The notes beneath the pieces were generated by a model, which had not been told where the DNA came from, did not search any database, and saw only the letters and a list, made by a program, of their open reading frames with translations. Position numbers and translations under genes: made by a program. Shown piece by piece: positions 51,369 through 62,102 of a stretch of 64,000 bases of DNA. Within the stretch, counting starts at the first letter, position 1. Each line of letters begins with the position of its first letter. The stretch comes from Nitrospinaceae bacterium (GTDB lineage Bacteria > Nitrospinota > Nitrospinia > Nitrospinales > Nitrospinaceae): contig OZ250172.1 of the NCBI GenBank assembly GCA_965237905.1, positions 608,001 to 672,000 of the forward strand, read 5' to 3'.

Positions 51369-51525
51369 CAAACGTGACCTCTGACTTAAAAAGTGGTACA
51401 AGTATCTAGGTAGGTCAAAGAACGTAATTCAATTGGAAACCGGGGACCCTAGTAACTCCACATCAAAGGGTGGGAGAGGCTTGTAGGCTTAAGCTAAAAA
51501 ATATCCAAATCATTCCGAGGAAGTT

Positions 51526-52305
51526 ATGAATAAGAGACATAGAGTACAGTTTCCAAAATCCGAATCATTCGGTAGCGATCAAGATGAAAGCTATTTCTAT
51601 CTTCATGGCACAAGTAAAAAGAGAAAGATAAAGTTCCACGACTACGACGAGATTTATCAGGTGCCCGGTTTATATGAACAGATATTTTATGATCGCCTGA
51701 AATGCACATCTCCAAGTAAAGTGGCTTCTATTCTCGAATCGTCTATAAAACAATCCCAAGATAATTTTACTGAACTTCGAGTGTTAGATTTGGGCGCAGG
51801 GAATGGCATGATGGGGGAGGAACTAAAAAAGCATGGCATATCACGATTAATAGGCATAGATATTATTCCAGAAGCTTATGAAGCGCTTATTCGCGATAGG
51901 CCGGGAATGTATGATGCCTATTATGTTGAGGATTTTTGCGAACTCAGTGGAGAAAAGAAAGACGAAATAGAGTCTTGGCAATGCGACTGTATGGTAACTG
52001 TTGCGGCACTTGGTTTTGGCGATATCCCAACAAAAGCATTCGTGAATGCGTTCAATATTATTAAGAACGAGGGATGGATAGGGTTCAACATAAAAGATAC
52101 ATTCCTTGATAATAACGATGAAACTGGGTTTTCCAAATTGATACGAGAATTAATTTTCTCAAAATATCTTGATATCTACCACATCGAGCGGTACAGACAT
52201 AGACTATCAATTGATGGCCAGCCACTTCATTATTTTGCGGTTGCGGGTAGAAAAAATGCAGCTATTCCGCCAGAGTTTTTGGAATCAAAAGGAATTTCAA
52301 TCTGA
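51526..52305 (+). CDS. Class I SAM-dependent methyltransferase
   Basis: VLDLGAGNG motif; GAGGA RBS; AT-rich. Confidence 0.88.
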   Translation: MNKRHRVQFPKSESFGSDQDESYFYLHGTSKKRKIKFHDYDEIYQVPGLYEQIFYDRLKCTSPSKVASILESSIKQSQDNFTELRVLDLGAGNGMMGEELKKHGISRLIGIDIIPEAYEALIRDRPGMYDAYYVEDFCELSGEKKDEIESWQCDCMVTVAALGFGDIPTKAFVNAFNIIKNEGWIGFNIKDTFLDNNDETGFSKLIRELIFSKYLDIYHIERYRHRLSIDGQPLHYFAVAGRKNAAIPPEFLESKGISI

Positions 52306-52496
52306 TGTTTCTAACTATCAGCACCAAGGTTCTGTGGCCTTGGGATATTTAAATCTTGATGTATTCAATTTAAACCACGCTGAGGAATGAAGCCGCTCTT
52401 TCCCTACCTCTTCAACACGACCAAGTTTATAATACCTGAAGAAATTTCTTCTTGAGGTCCCTTTGATGAATCCTATAGTGGATTCGATACGTATCT

Positions 52497-53252
52497 ATGA
52501 TTACCCTTGACCAAGTCAGTAAATCTTATGATGGAGTTTCCAGAATCATAAATAACCTTTCCTTCGAAGTACTGGAAGGAGAAATCCTGATGCTCCTAGG
52601 GTCTTCTGGTTGCGGGAAATCAACAATACTTAAAATGATCAATCGTTTGATCGATCCGACAGAAGGAAGGATATACCTGGATGGAAAGGATATTCAGCAA
52701 CAGGACCCGATAGAACTTCGACGTTCCATAGGATACGTTTTTCAGGGCATCGGCCTGTTTCCGCATCTGTCTATTCGAGAGAATATTTCCATGGTGCCAC
52801 GCCTTATAGGTTGGCCCGAGGACCGGATAAACAACCGGTACCGTGAACTGCTTGAACTCGTACAGCTGTCTCCCGAAATCCACGCCGATCGATTTCCCGA
52901 TGAACTATCAGGCGGCCAGCAACAGCGCGTAGCCGTTGCCCGTGCTTTGGCGGCGGATCCGGCTTATCTCCTGATGGACGAACCTTTTGGAGCACTTGAT
53001 GCAATCACAAGGGATTCTCTCCAGCAGGAATTTCTGGAGTTGAAACAACGTTTGAATAAAACGATTATTTTTGTCACTCACGATATTGTTGAAGCCGTCA
53101 CTTTAGGCGACCGTATCGCCATCCTCCACGAAGGGCAACTGGAACAAATCGGGACCAGTGAAGAAATCCTGGAAAATCCTGCCACAGATTTCGTTCGGGA
53201 ACTATTTGCGAAATCTGTCAAGTCCTGGAAGGGGTTCAAAAACATTTTGTAA
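52497..53252 (+). CDS. Osmoprotectant-type ABC ATPase (OpuCA/ProV/EgtV-like, no CBS domains)
   Basis: GSSGCGKS, LSGGQQQR and LMDEPFGALD motifs. Confidence 0.93.
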   Translation: MITLDQVSKSYDGVSRIINNLSFEVLEGEILMLLGSSGCGKSTILKMINRLIDPTEGRIYLDGKDIQQQDPIELRRSIGYVFQGIGLFPHLSIRENISMVPRLIGWPEDRINNRYRELLELVQLSPEIHADRFPDELSGGQQQRVAVARALAADPAYLLMDEPFGALDAITRDSLQQEFLELKQRLNKTIIFVTHDIVEAVTLGDRIAILHEGQLEQIGTSEEILENPATDFVRELFAKSVKSWKGFKNIL

Positions 53253-54847
53253 TGAAGACTACATCCTTGACAGATTACATTATCGAACGCCTGCCAGAGA
53301 TTTGGCAGCGCATCGGGGAGCACATTTTTCTTACAGGAATATCGACTGTGACTGCGGTGCTTGTCGGCATTCCTCTGGCTATTTTGGCTTTCTACCGACC
53401 CGGGTTGCGCGGTCCGCTTTTGGGAGTAGTCAGTATTTTACAAACGATCCCCAGTCTGGCAATGCTGGTCATTCTTTTGGCCCTTTTCCAGAAAATCGGA
53501 GTAATACCGGCAATCGTTGCGCTCATTCTCTATGCTCTACTCCCTATAGTTCGGAACACTCTGGCCGCGCTTCAGGGAATTGCTCCGGAGATCATCGAAG
53601 CGGCCCGGGGAATAGGCATGACAGAATGGCAAAAAATGCGACTGATCAGGATCCCTCTGGGAATTCCAGTAATTATGGCGGGCATTCGGACTGCCTCGGT
53701 AGCGGGAGTTGGTATCGCAACTCTCGCAGCATTTATCGGGGCAGGAGGTTTGGGCGAATTTATTAATCGCGGTCTGGCTCTTTCCAACACTCGGCTGATT
53801 TTTCTTGGTGCGATTCCTGCGGCCCTACTGGCCTTGCTGGTGGATTTCGTGCTGGGTTTCGTAGAAAAGGTTTGTGATCCTAAACGAAACAGACATTGGT
53901 CCCACCGGTTTCATTTTGCCTTGAAACTCTCCATAGTTCTGATTCCTCTTTTCCTTTTGATCCCCGTTTTTATAAGTTTTTTCCCCTGGTCCTCGCAAAC
54001 AGCAGGATCTTCTGAAAAGAATGAAACGAAAAGTATTAATGTCGTCCGCATTGCATCAAAAAATTTTACAGAACAGCATATCCTCGCCGAAATGATGGCC
54101 CAGATGATTGAAAAACGAACTCACCTTTCCGTGGATCGCAAGTTCAACCTGGGTGGAACAATTATTTGCCATCAGGCTTTAAAACGGGGGGAGATTGATC
54201 TGTACGCGGAATACACCGGAACAGGCTTGATGGCCATTCTGAAACTTCCTGCAATGAACAATCCCGATGAAGTATATCATCGTGTGTCAGAAGAATATCT
54301 AAACCGATTCAATTTGGTTTGGTTGGAACCCTTCGGCTTCAATAATACCTATACCCTCACCGTCCGAAAGCAGGACGCCGTGCAAAATCACTGGAAAAAC
54401 ATTTCTGATTTGATTCCCGTGTCTTCAAAATTAGTAGCAGGGTTTTCTGGAGAATTTCAGGAACGGCCTGACGGATATCCCGGATTTCAGGAGATTTATG
54501 GGTTTAAGTTTGGAGAAGTTCATGATCTGGACCCGGGTCTAATTTATCAGGCTTTGGCCAAGGGAGCGGTTGATGTGATCGACGGTTATTTGACCGATGG
54601 ACGGATTCCAGCATACAATCTGGTTTCCCTAAAGGACGATAAGAAATTTTTCCCTCCTTACCATGCGGCACCGGTAGTTCGGGAAGAAGTTCTGAATGCC
54701 TACCCTGATCTGAGAGAGGCATTGGCTCCTCTAGGGTCCCTCATAGACAACACAACCATGAGGGTTCTGAACTATGAAGTGAATGAAAATAAACGGGAAA
54801 TTTCGGAATTGGTGACAGAATTTTTGCAGGACAAAGAAATTTTGTGA
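53252..54847 (+). CDS. Fused ABC permease + betaine/choline/ergothioneine-type binding domain (OpuBC/EgtU-like)
   Basis: TIPSLA and EAA..IGM permease motifs; SKNFTEQ, EYTGT, GFNNTY and FFPPY binding-protein motifs. Confidence 0.92.
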   Translation: MKTTSLTDYIIERLPEIWQRIGEHIFLTGISTVTAVLVGIPLAILAFYRPGLRGPLLGVVSILQTIPSLAMLVILLALFQKIGVIPAIVALILYALLPIVRNTLAALQGIAPEIIEAARGIGMTEWQKMRLIRIPLGIPVIMAGIRTASVAGVGIATLAAFIGAGGLGEFINRGLALSNTRLIFLGAIPAALLALLVDFVLGFVEKVCDPKRNRHWSHRFHFALKLSIVLIPLFLLIPVFISFFPWSSQTAGSSEKNETKSINVVRIASKNFTEQHILAEMMAQMIEKRTHLSVDRKFNLGGTIICHQALKRGEIDLYAEYTGTGLMAILKLPAMNNPDEVYHRVSEEYLNRFNLVWLEPFGFNNTYTLTVRKQDAVQNHWKNISDLIPVSSKLVAGFSGEFQERPDGYPGFQEIYGFKFGEVHDLDPGLIYQALAKGAVDVIDGYLTDGRIPAYNLVSLKDDKKFFPPYHAAPVVREEVLNAYPDLREALAPLGSLIDNTTMRVLNYEVNENKREISELVTEFLQDKEIL

Positions 54848-55027
54848 TTTGAACGGGTTTTGCGTCGACTCTTTCACTTCTATGAGTCTAAATTTGTAAA
54901 CGCTTTTAGTTACTACTGCAATTAATACTCAAATATGTAAATAATTTGAGCGGCTTAGAATGTCCGCTTTGGGTCGATTCCAGCCATTTAGATTTCTAAC
55001 TGAGACACTACCTGCGAATCGGCTGAC

Positions 55028-55408
55028 TCAGGTTTCTCCGGGACCGGGTTCATCGATGATGCCCTTGATCTTGAATTCCCGAATGATGTAGCCTGACCGC
55101 TCCGGAAGAGTTTCCTGGAAAATGCCTTTCAGCTCCATCACCTTTTCGCGGTCCAGTACATCCAGCAGAAATTCGAACTGCGCCTCTGGATAATACACCG
55201 TGAAATCGAGCCCCGCTGTCTGGTACTGGTATTGAAAACCAGACCGCATGGGATTGTTCCGGATCGGTTTGTACTCGACATGGCCTAGCGGAATCACTTC
55301 CGCGATACGGGCCCACGCTTCCCCGCCCTCCTTCAAGGCCTGCTTCACACGGGACAACAGTTCCCGAGGATCCATTAATTCGTAGGTGTAACTGCGCCGC
55401 TTTTTCAT
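55028..55408 (-). CDS. Hypothetical protein
   Basis: 126-aa ORF with ATGA overlap with the upstream methyltransferase. Confidence 0.6.
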   Translation of the reverse strand: MKKRRSYTYELMDPRELLSRVKQALKEGGEAWARIAEVIPLGHVEYKPIRNNPMRSGFQYQYQTAGLDFTVYYPEAQFEFLLDVLDREKVMELKGIFQETLPERSGYIIREFKIKGIIDEPGPGET

Positions 55409-56271
55409 AAGAGGTTTTCTTCAGTCCGAACACCGCAGGGCACCGCCCGCAGAGCCAAAAACAGAGGTATCTCCTGCCGTGCTCGGTTCTCCGCTTTCGA
55501 ACGCTTGCCCGGTTCGCTGATTTTATGAGACGTCCACTCCTCCAATCCGTCCACGCACAAACCGGCCTCGGTCAAAGCCTGAACATAACTCTGTAAAGGA
55601 CGATGATAGGTAACGGTAAAGGATTTGGATTGGACAAAGGGCGGCGTCAGAATAGGAATGGCCGATTCGGAGCCATACAAATCCACCCGGCGGTATTGAA
55701 TTTTTTTCTGCTCGTCCCATCCCCAATGCGTTTGCCGGGGAATCCTGAAGCAGGGATGCGTCGTGACCATCACAAATCGTCCACCCGGCTTCAACCACCG
55801 CTTCACATTGCGCATGACGGGAGCGAGGGATTCGATATTCTGTAGAGCCAGCAGGCATACCACCGCGTCGAAGGTCTTCCCCTGGAGCGCCTGGCTATCC
55901 TCCGCATCTGCGTGTTCGAAACGGATGGAGGGATCCGACCGCGATTGCGCGAAACGAATCATCTCTTCCGAAGTATCAAGACCCGTCACCTTTATTTTTC
56001 GTTGTGATAGATACCGGGAAAACACACCCTGCCCGCAGGCCAGGTCCAGGACCGCATCGCCCTTCTGCAACTGCATCAGTTGCAACGCACCGGGAAAAAT
56101 GATGGCTGTCTGGTACTCGCTTCCCTTCAGTCCCACCAAAGCGTCGTACCATTGCGCCGCCTGATCCCATACGACGGAAGGCTTTTTCGATGCCGGTTTC
56201 CCCGTGCGAGGCGAAGTCTTTTTCAATTTCCCGGACTGTCGGGTCTTTTTTGTTTTCGCGTTCCGGTTCAT
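55405..56271 (-). CDS. Class I SAM-dependent methyltransferase
   Basis: VLDLACGQG, LKPGG and HPCF motifs. Confidence 0.9.
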   Translation of the reverse strand: MNRNAKTKKTRQSGKLKKTSPRTGKPASKKPSVVWDQAAQWYDALVGLKGSEYQTAIIFPGALQLMQLQKGDAVLDLACGQGVFSRYLSQRKIKVTGLDTSEEMIRFAQSRSDPSIRFEHADAEDSQALQGKTFDAVVCLLALQNIESLAPVMRNVKRWLKPGGRFVMVTTHPCFRIPRQTHWGWDEQKKIQYRRVDLYGSESAIPILTPPFVQSKSFTVTYHRPLQSYVQALTEAGLCVDGLEEWTSHKISEPGKRSKAENRARQEIPLFLALRAVPCGVRTEENLL

Positions 56272-56381
56272 TTTCTTTTCACAACTAGACCTTGCCCTAT
56301 CGGGAAGGAAACCGTATAATTTTTGTGAGTTGTTTCACTTGGCTCAAATCCGCCGTCAATCTTACCACACGAGGACTTCCC

Positions 56382-56852
56382 ATGAGTAGCAACAAACCCT
56401 TTCTAAAAAACTGGATCGCAACATTTTGGATTGCCGCGTCGCTGACCTTGGTCTGGGGATGCGCTTCCTCTACTGAAAAGAGTCTTGAGCGGTTGAACAA
56501 AACTACCCGTATCTACAATAATGCATTTGAAAGCAAGTCCGAAGACGGGGGTTCTGGCTACGTTCTAAACGATTACCGGATGGACTACCTGCTGAAATAC
56601 GGTGATATCCAGGGCAAGGTCTCGTTCCTCCAGGCCCAGACACTCAATATTGCTTACTTCAAGGGCGGCAAACCGTTGGAAATCAATGATGAAAATCCCG
56701 AAGGTGAAATCGATGAAGCGGTGATTACCATGCGGTATAAAGTGACCATCTCCCCCAGCAACCGGTTGAAAACTTTTATTCATGAGCAACGCTGGAAGCT
56801 CGACAAAGATACCTGGCGACTGGAACCCAACTTGAAACCGTTCCTCAAATGA
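56382..56852 (+). CDS. Hypothetical lipoprotein
   Basis: GAGGA RBS before ATG 56382; VWGC lipobox. Confidence 0.7.
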   Translation: MSSNKPFLKNWIATFWIAASLTLVWGCASSTEKSLERLNKTTRIYNNAFESKSEDGGSGYVLNDYRMDYLLKYGDIQGKVSFLQAQTLNIAYFKGGKPLEINDENPEGEIDEAVITMRYKVTISPSNRLKTFIHEQRWKLDKDTWRLEPNLKPFLK

Positions 56853-56856
56853 TTTT

Positions 56857-57552
56857 TCAGGTTCGCATGACCACTTCAACCGGACAATCAAGGGTCACCG
56901 CCGATGCGGTTACCTTGCAATTGAACCCGTAAATTTCCACTCCCGCCTGTTTTGCTTCCCGCAACCGCTTGCCGAACTCGGGATCAATGGCGTCATTGGA
57001 AGTGATCGTTCGAGTATCGGACCTCTGGGAAACAAACACCACCGCCGTCCGGTTTCCTTTGCGCTTCAGCTCAATCAACTCCTCCACATGTCGGCGGCCC
57101 CGCTCGGTCGGCGCGTCTGGAAACTTTCCCACCGTTTGTTCCACCAGGCTCACGGACTTGACCTCAACAAACATAGGACCATCTGGAAAGTTCAATTGGA
57201 AATCAAACCGGCTGTGGCCCACCTTGACCTCGGAAGAAAAGTCGGTGTAACCGGAAAACCCGGGCAATGCACGGTCGGACAGCGCACCCCCCACCAAACG
57301 GTTGGCAAATACCGGAAATACTGAAACCCAGATGCGCCCATGCTTTACCAAAGCCAGCGTGTAATCGGTCTTTCGCTTCGCACCGGGGTTATGTATGAGA
57401 CGGACGCGCCGTTGGGGAATCATCAATCCGGGCAACCGGCCGGGATCCGGAACATGTGCGGAAACCTGCTGTCCCTCAATTTCGACATGCGCCAGGTAAC
57501 GGTTGGGCCGCTCGAGAAAAATTCCATCGACCATCCGTTCGCCCAGTTTCAT
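56857..57552 (-). CDS. sfsA: DNA/RNA nuclease SfsA
   Basis: RPNRY, H.P.PGRL, SRFDF, VEVKSV and FPDAPT.RG..H motifs. Confidence 0.93.
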   Translation of the reverse strand: MKLGERMVDGIFLERPNRYLAHVEIEGQQVSAHVPDPGRLPGLMIPQRRVRLIHNPGAKRKTDYTLALVKHGRIWVSVFPVFANRLVGGALSDRALPGFSGYTDFSSEVKVGHSRFDFQLNFPDGPMFVEVKSVSLVEQTVGKFPDAPTERGRRHVEELIELKRKGNRTAVVFVSQRSDTRTITSNDAIDPEFGKRLREAKQAGVEIYGFNCKVTASAVTLDCPVEVVMRT

Positions 57553-57620
57553 GGTTGGATTCAATTCAAGAGGAAAAAAAGGAAAGATTTGAAGATTAGT
57601 TTTTAACTGCGGCGGCGCAT

Positions 57621-59159
57621 TTAATGGCCGCCTCCGTGACCGGAATCCGCATCCAGACTTTTAAATTTCTTTTCCATATGAAGAACGTGGTCCACCGCCG
57701 GCGATACACGGTCGACGATGCCCTTGGGATACAATCCGATCACAACAGCCAGGATGCAGGCCGGAACCAGCAAGCCGATTTCCTTCCGGTCCAGGTCTTT
57801 TACTCCGTCATGCATCTCCTCTACCGGTTCCTGCATGGCACCCTGAAACATGAAGAGCATATAGATCGAAGCAAAAACGATGGCTAACCCTGCGGCCAAA
57901 ACGAACAGGCCGGCCATTCCTGCGAACAGATGCGAACTCCACACGCCCATGAGAATCAGAAACTCACCGACAAACCCGTTCAAACCAGGCAAGCCCAGCG
58001 CCGCCAGGGTAATGAGCATGAACATGGCATAAAGCACCGGCATCGGTTTTTTTAATCCGCGGAATTTATCCAGCTGGCGCGTCCCCAAGCGTTCTTCAAG
58101 AATACCGACAATGATAAACAGAGCGGAGGCGATGATGCCGTGATTGACCATTTGCAACACACTGCCTTCCACGCCTTGGCCGTTGAAGGCAAAAATTCCG
58201 AGAGCGATGAATCCCAGATGGCTGATGCTGGAATAAGCTACCAACGCCTTGAGATCCCTCTGCGCCACCGCGATCCACGCGCCGTAAACGATACCCCCCG
58301 CCGCCGCAGTGCCGATCCATAACCCCCAGTCGGAGATGGTTTCGGGAAACAGTGGCAGGCAAAAGCGGATCAATCCATACGCCCCGGCTTTGGACATGGC
58401 CCCGGTGATCAGAATCAGTGCCGGAATCGGACAAGCCACATAAGCGTGCGGCAACCAGCTGTGAAACGGAAAAATGGGAATCTTGATCGCGAACGCCATG
58501 AAGAAACAGATAAACATATAAAACTGAATATCCGCCGGCATCTGCGTCTGCAACAGAGTGGGAATATCGAAGGTCAGCGTTTGCGTCAATTCATAATGAA
58601 CGACCGTGACCCAGATAATACCGACCAGCATCAAGAGACTGCCCACCAGCGTATAAATCACAAACTTGGTGGTGGCGTAGACTTTTTTGCCTTCGCCCCA
58701 GAAACCGATCAGGAAATACGCGGGCACCAGCATCAATTCCCAAAACACGTAAAACAAAATGGAATCCATCGCCACAAACACGCCCAGGGTTCCGCCCTCA
58801 AGCATCAGAATCAATGCGAGAAAGTACTGCATATTTTTCTTCTGGCCACGGGAAAAGTAAACCGCCAGCACTCCCAATAGTGCCGTCAACACCACCAGCC
58901 ACAAGCTGATGCCGTCGACTCCCACCTTGTAATAAATATGAAGCATCGGCACCCACTCGACGGACTGCACAAACTGCATCCCGTGATGGTGGGAATCAAA
59001 CATCACCAGAAGAATAACCGCACTCACAAAAGTGAGGATGCTCGCCCCATTGGCGATCCCGATGACCATTCCATTGTTATCCCCGGTCACCCTCATCACC
59101 ATAATGACGATGGCCGCGATCAATGGAAGAAAAACAATGCCTGTTAAAATAAAATCCAT
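57621..59159 (-). CDS. nuoM: NADH-quinone oxidoreductase subunit M
   Basis: DGIS, FWELML.P, HSWLP, AYSSISH and GLPG..GFVGE motifs. Confidence 0.95.
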   Translation of the reverse strand: MDFILTGIVFLPLIAAIVIMVMRVTGDNNGMVIGIANGASILTFVSAVILLVMFDSHHHGMQFVQSVEWVPMLHIYYKVGVDGISLWLVVLTALLGVLAVYFSRGQKKNMQYFLALILMLEGGTLGVFVAMDSILFYVFWELMLVPAYFLIGFWGEGKKVYATTKFVIYTLVGSLLMLVGIIWVTVVHYELTQTLTFDIPTLLQTQMPADIQFYMFICFFMAFAIKIPIFPFHSWLPHAYVACPIPALILITGAMSKAGAYGLIRFCLPLFPETISDWGLWIGTAAAGGIVYGAWIAVAQRDLKALVAYSSISHLGFIALGIFAFNGQGVEGSVLQMVNHGIIASALFIIVGILEERLGTRQLDKFRGLKKPMPVLYAMFMLITLAALGLPGLNGFVGEFLILMGVWSSHLFAGMAGLFVLAAGLAIVFASIYMLFMFQGAMQEPVEEMHDGVKDLDRKEIGLLVPACILAVVIGLYPKGIVDRVSPAVDHVLHMEKKFKSLDADSGHGGGH

Positions 59160-59169
59160 TGCTACAACG

Positions 59170-61041
59170 TCACATAAAAATAACAAATAATAAAATGGTC
59201 ACCATACCCGCGACCATGTTCAGCGCATAAATACGGACCTTGCCGGACTGCCAAATGCTGATGCCGCGGCTCACTTCGCGCACCTGCTCGCCTACCTGGT
59301 CGACGGAAAAGTCGATCCCTTGTTTCTCGGCCCGCTCCTCCATGAATTTTCCAATGGCCTTCACAGGTTTCACAATCAGAAAATCGTATATCTCGTCTAT
59401 GTAATATTTGTTGAACAACGCCTCGTAAATCGGCGCCAGCATCTGTTTGGCAAACGCCAGTTGATCCTTCCCCGTCATGTAAATCGCCACCGCTGTGAGG
59501 ATGCCGCCCAGAGCCGCCGCCACCGCGATGATCTCCAGCATGGCGTCATCGTGATGCACCGGTACCGCCCCGCCGAACACAGGAGACAGGAAATCGTGGA
59601 CCCACGGTCCCAGAAAACCGCCCAGCAGAGACAGACCCGCCAGCACCATCAAAGGTGCGGTCATCACCAAGGGAGACTCATGCGGTTTCGCTTCCGGTGT
59701 CCTTGAGGTTCCCATGAAGGTGTAGAAGAACAGACGGAACGTATAAAATCCGGTCATGCCAACCGCGATGACTGCCAGACCCCAGAACACGAAGTTTCCG
59801 TATTGGCCGTGGTAGGCGTTCATGACGATCTCCTCTTTACTAAAGAACCCGGCGGTCAACGGAAACCCCGCCAGGGCGAGAGCCGCAATCAAAAACGTAA
59901 TGAACGTAATTGGCATCGCGTAACGCAGTCCGCCCATTTTGCGGATATCCTGTTCATCCGCCATGCCGTGAATCACGCTTCCCGCACCGAGGAACAACAG
60001 CGCCTTGAAAAACGCGTGTGTCATGAGGTGAAACATGCCGACACTGAACACACCCGCTCCCACCGCCAGGAACATAAAACCGATCTGGCTCATGGTGGAG
60101 TACGCGATGACTCTTTTGATATCGTATTGCACCATACCGATGGACCCGGCGAAGATCGCCGTGATCACCCCGACCGCCGCGATCAGGTACATCATGAAAG
60201 GCGCCATCATGAAAAGTGCGTTGCACCGGGCCACCAGATAAACGCCGGCGGTCACCATAGTCGCCGCGTGAATGAGCGCACTGACCGGGGTCGGACCTTC
60301 CATCGCATCCGGTAGCCAGGTGTGGAGCGGTATCTGCGCCGACTTGGCAAACGCCCCCACCAGCAGGAGAAAGGTGATCAGCAAAATTGTGTCATCATTC
60401 GGGAAAAAAGCGGTCGGCGCGGCTTTGAACACGTCCACGTAATTGAGTGACCCGAAATGCTCGAAAATCATAAAAGCGGCGATCACCATGCCCACGTCGC
60501 CGATGACGTTCATCACAAACGCTTTGCGTGCCGCCAGCACAGCACTTTTCTTTTCCGTCCAGAAACCGATGAGCAGGTACGAAGCCAGGCCCACCAGCGC
60601 CCAGCCGACGATCAGGAAAAAGAAATCTGCCGCCAGCACCAACAGGGACATGGCGAAGATAAACAGATTCATATAAGCAAAGAACCGGCTGAACTCCTTG
60701 TCATGGTGCATGTAGCCGATGGAGTAGACATGGATGAGAAATCCCACTCCCGTTATAATCAGCAACATAAACACGGACAGGGGATCAATCAGGATCGAAA
60801 GATTCAGACTGAACCCTTCCGACACAACCCACGGGTAGAGCGTCTGAATATGATTCAACCGGTCGGCGGGATTTTCCGAATAGAGTTGGGCCAGCATGAG
60901 TAGAGTCACCAGAAACGCGCCGCCCACCGTCGCACAGGCGAACCATCCTCCGATGAACTTGGGAATGCGGTTCCCGAACCAGGACAGGCCGAGAAATCCT
61001 GCCATCGGCAGAAACAATATTAGCCAACTCAGTGCGTACAA
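59170..61041 (-). CDS. nuoL: NADH-quinone oxidoreductase subunit L
   Basis: WLPDAMEGPTPVSALIHAATMV and HAFFKALLFL motifs. Confidence 0.97.
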   Translation of the reverse strand: MYALSWLILFLPMAGFLGLSWFGNRIPKFIGGWFACATVGGAFLVTLLMLAQLYSENPADRLNHIQTLYPWVVSEGFSLNLSILIDPLSVFMLLIITGVGFLIHVYSIGYMHHDKEFSRFFAYMNLFIFAMSLLVLAADFFFLIVGWALVGLASYLLIGFWTEKKSAVLAARKAFVMNVIGDVGMVIAAFMIFEHFGSLNYVDVFKAAPTAFFPNDDTILLITFLLLVGAFAKSAQIPLHTWLPDAMEGPTPVSALIHAATMVTAGVYLVARCNALFMMAPFMMYLIAAVGVITAIFAGSIGMVQYDIKRVIAYSTMSQIGFMFLAVGAGVFSVGMFHLMTHAFFKALLFLGAGSVIHGMADEQDIRKMGGLRYAMPITFITFLIAALALAGFPLTAGFFSKEEIVMNAYHGQYGNFVFWGLAVIAVGMTGFYTFRLFFYTFMGTSRTPEAKPHESPLVMTAPLMVLAGLSLLGGFLGPWVHDFLSPVFGGAVPVHHDDAMLEIIAVAAALGGILTAVAIYMTGKDQLAFAKQMLAPIYEALFNKYYIDEIYDFLIVKPVKAIGKFMEERAEKQGIDFSVDQVGEQVREVSRGISIWQSGKVRIYALNMVAGMVTILLFVIFM

Positions 61042-61046
61042 GCCGA

Positions 61047-61352
61047 TTACCCTTTCAATGTATTGATATGGTCCACATCCAGCTCATGCCGGGTGCGGAA
61101 AATCGTCAAAATGATGGCGAGGCCGACGACCACCTCCGCCGCGGCCACGGTCATGACAATGAGCGCGAAGATTTGCCCGTCCAGCGAATTCAAAAAACTG
61201 GAGTACCCGACCAGCAGAAAATTTACTGCGTTCAGCATCAACTCGACGGACATGAACATGACCAGTGGATTTTTGCGGATGACAAAACCCACTGCCCCTA
61301 TGGAAAACATTGCCGCGCTGACAAACAACACAAATTCACTTCCCATGATCAA
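61047..61352 (-). CDS. nuoK: NADH-quinone oxidoreductase subunit K
   Basis: ELMLNAVN and AAAE..VGLA motifs. Confidence 0.96.
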   Translation of the reverse strand: MIMGSEFVLFVSAAMFSIGAVGFVIRKNPLVMFMSVELMLNAVNFLLVGYSSFLNSLDGQIFALIVMTVAAAEVVVGLAIILTIFRTRHELDVDHINTLKG

Positions 61353-61939
61353 GTCCTCGTACGTTTTCGCAATGGTTTGTAGGTAAACTTGGCCAGACTG
61401 ATGATCCCCACCGCCGCCACCAACAACAGCAGAGACGCCAGCTCAAACGGAATGATATGATTGGAAAACAGCTCGATGCCGATGGCCTTGGCACTGCCCA
61501 CTTGTTGCACCACTTCTGGCGTTGCCTGCCCTACGACCGGTTTGGTTTCGCCCACGGTCATCGCCAGCAGGAGTTCGCAGAACAGAAGGCCGACAAACCC
61601 CAGCCCTGTAAGATTCTGGAACGATAATTCCCGTTTTTCCTCTTTCGCACCCAACAACGCAATGATAAACAGGAACAGGATCATCACCGCCCCGGCGTAC
61701 ACGACCACCTGCACGACCGCCAGGAACTCCGCATTAAATAAAAGAAACAATAAGGCGAGGCACACCATGTTGCCGATCAGGTAAAGAGCACTGTAAATGG
61801 GAGAAGCGCAGAGGATGACCCCGAGGCTGGCCAGAATCGCCGTCATGCCGATAATGAACACGAGGCTCTGTTGAAACAAGCCGAACACCGTTTCACGGTC
61901 CAGGTTGAACGACCACAGTTGATCCAGAAATTCCATCAT
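61349..61939 (-). CDS. nuoJ: NADH-quinone oxidoreductase subunit J
   Basis: [15 protein letters not shown] and PFE..S motifs. Confidence 0.95.
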   Translation of the reverse strand: MMEFLDQLWSFNLDRETVFGLFQQSLVFIIGMTAILASLGVILCASPIYSALYLIGNMVCLALLFLLFNAEFLAVVQVVVYAGAVMILFLFIIALLGAKEEKRELSFQNLTGLGFVGLLFCELLLAMTVGETKPVVGQATPEVVQQVGSAKAIGIELFSNHIIPFELASLLLLVAAVGIISLAKFTYKPLRKRTRT

Positions 61940-62102
61940 GAGTTCACTCTCTTCTCCACATCCGGCAAAACGCCGGCTTTAAACGCAAAAACTCCCACCC
62001 TATCCGGCCCCGCAAGGCTTTTGCGGAACACCCATCCATTCGATCCGGCAGAATGTTTCACTGCCGTTGCTTGGTCCCATTAATGGAAAAGAAGGCTCAG
62101 CG

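Noticed and set aside
61940..62102. Small ORF between nuoI and nuoJ
   Set aside because: Only 26 codons, with no clear RBS or homology.
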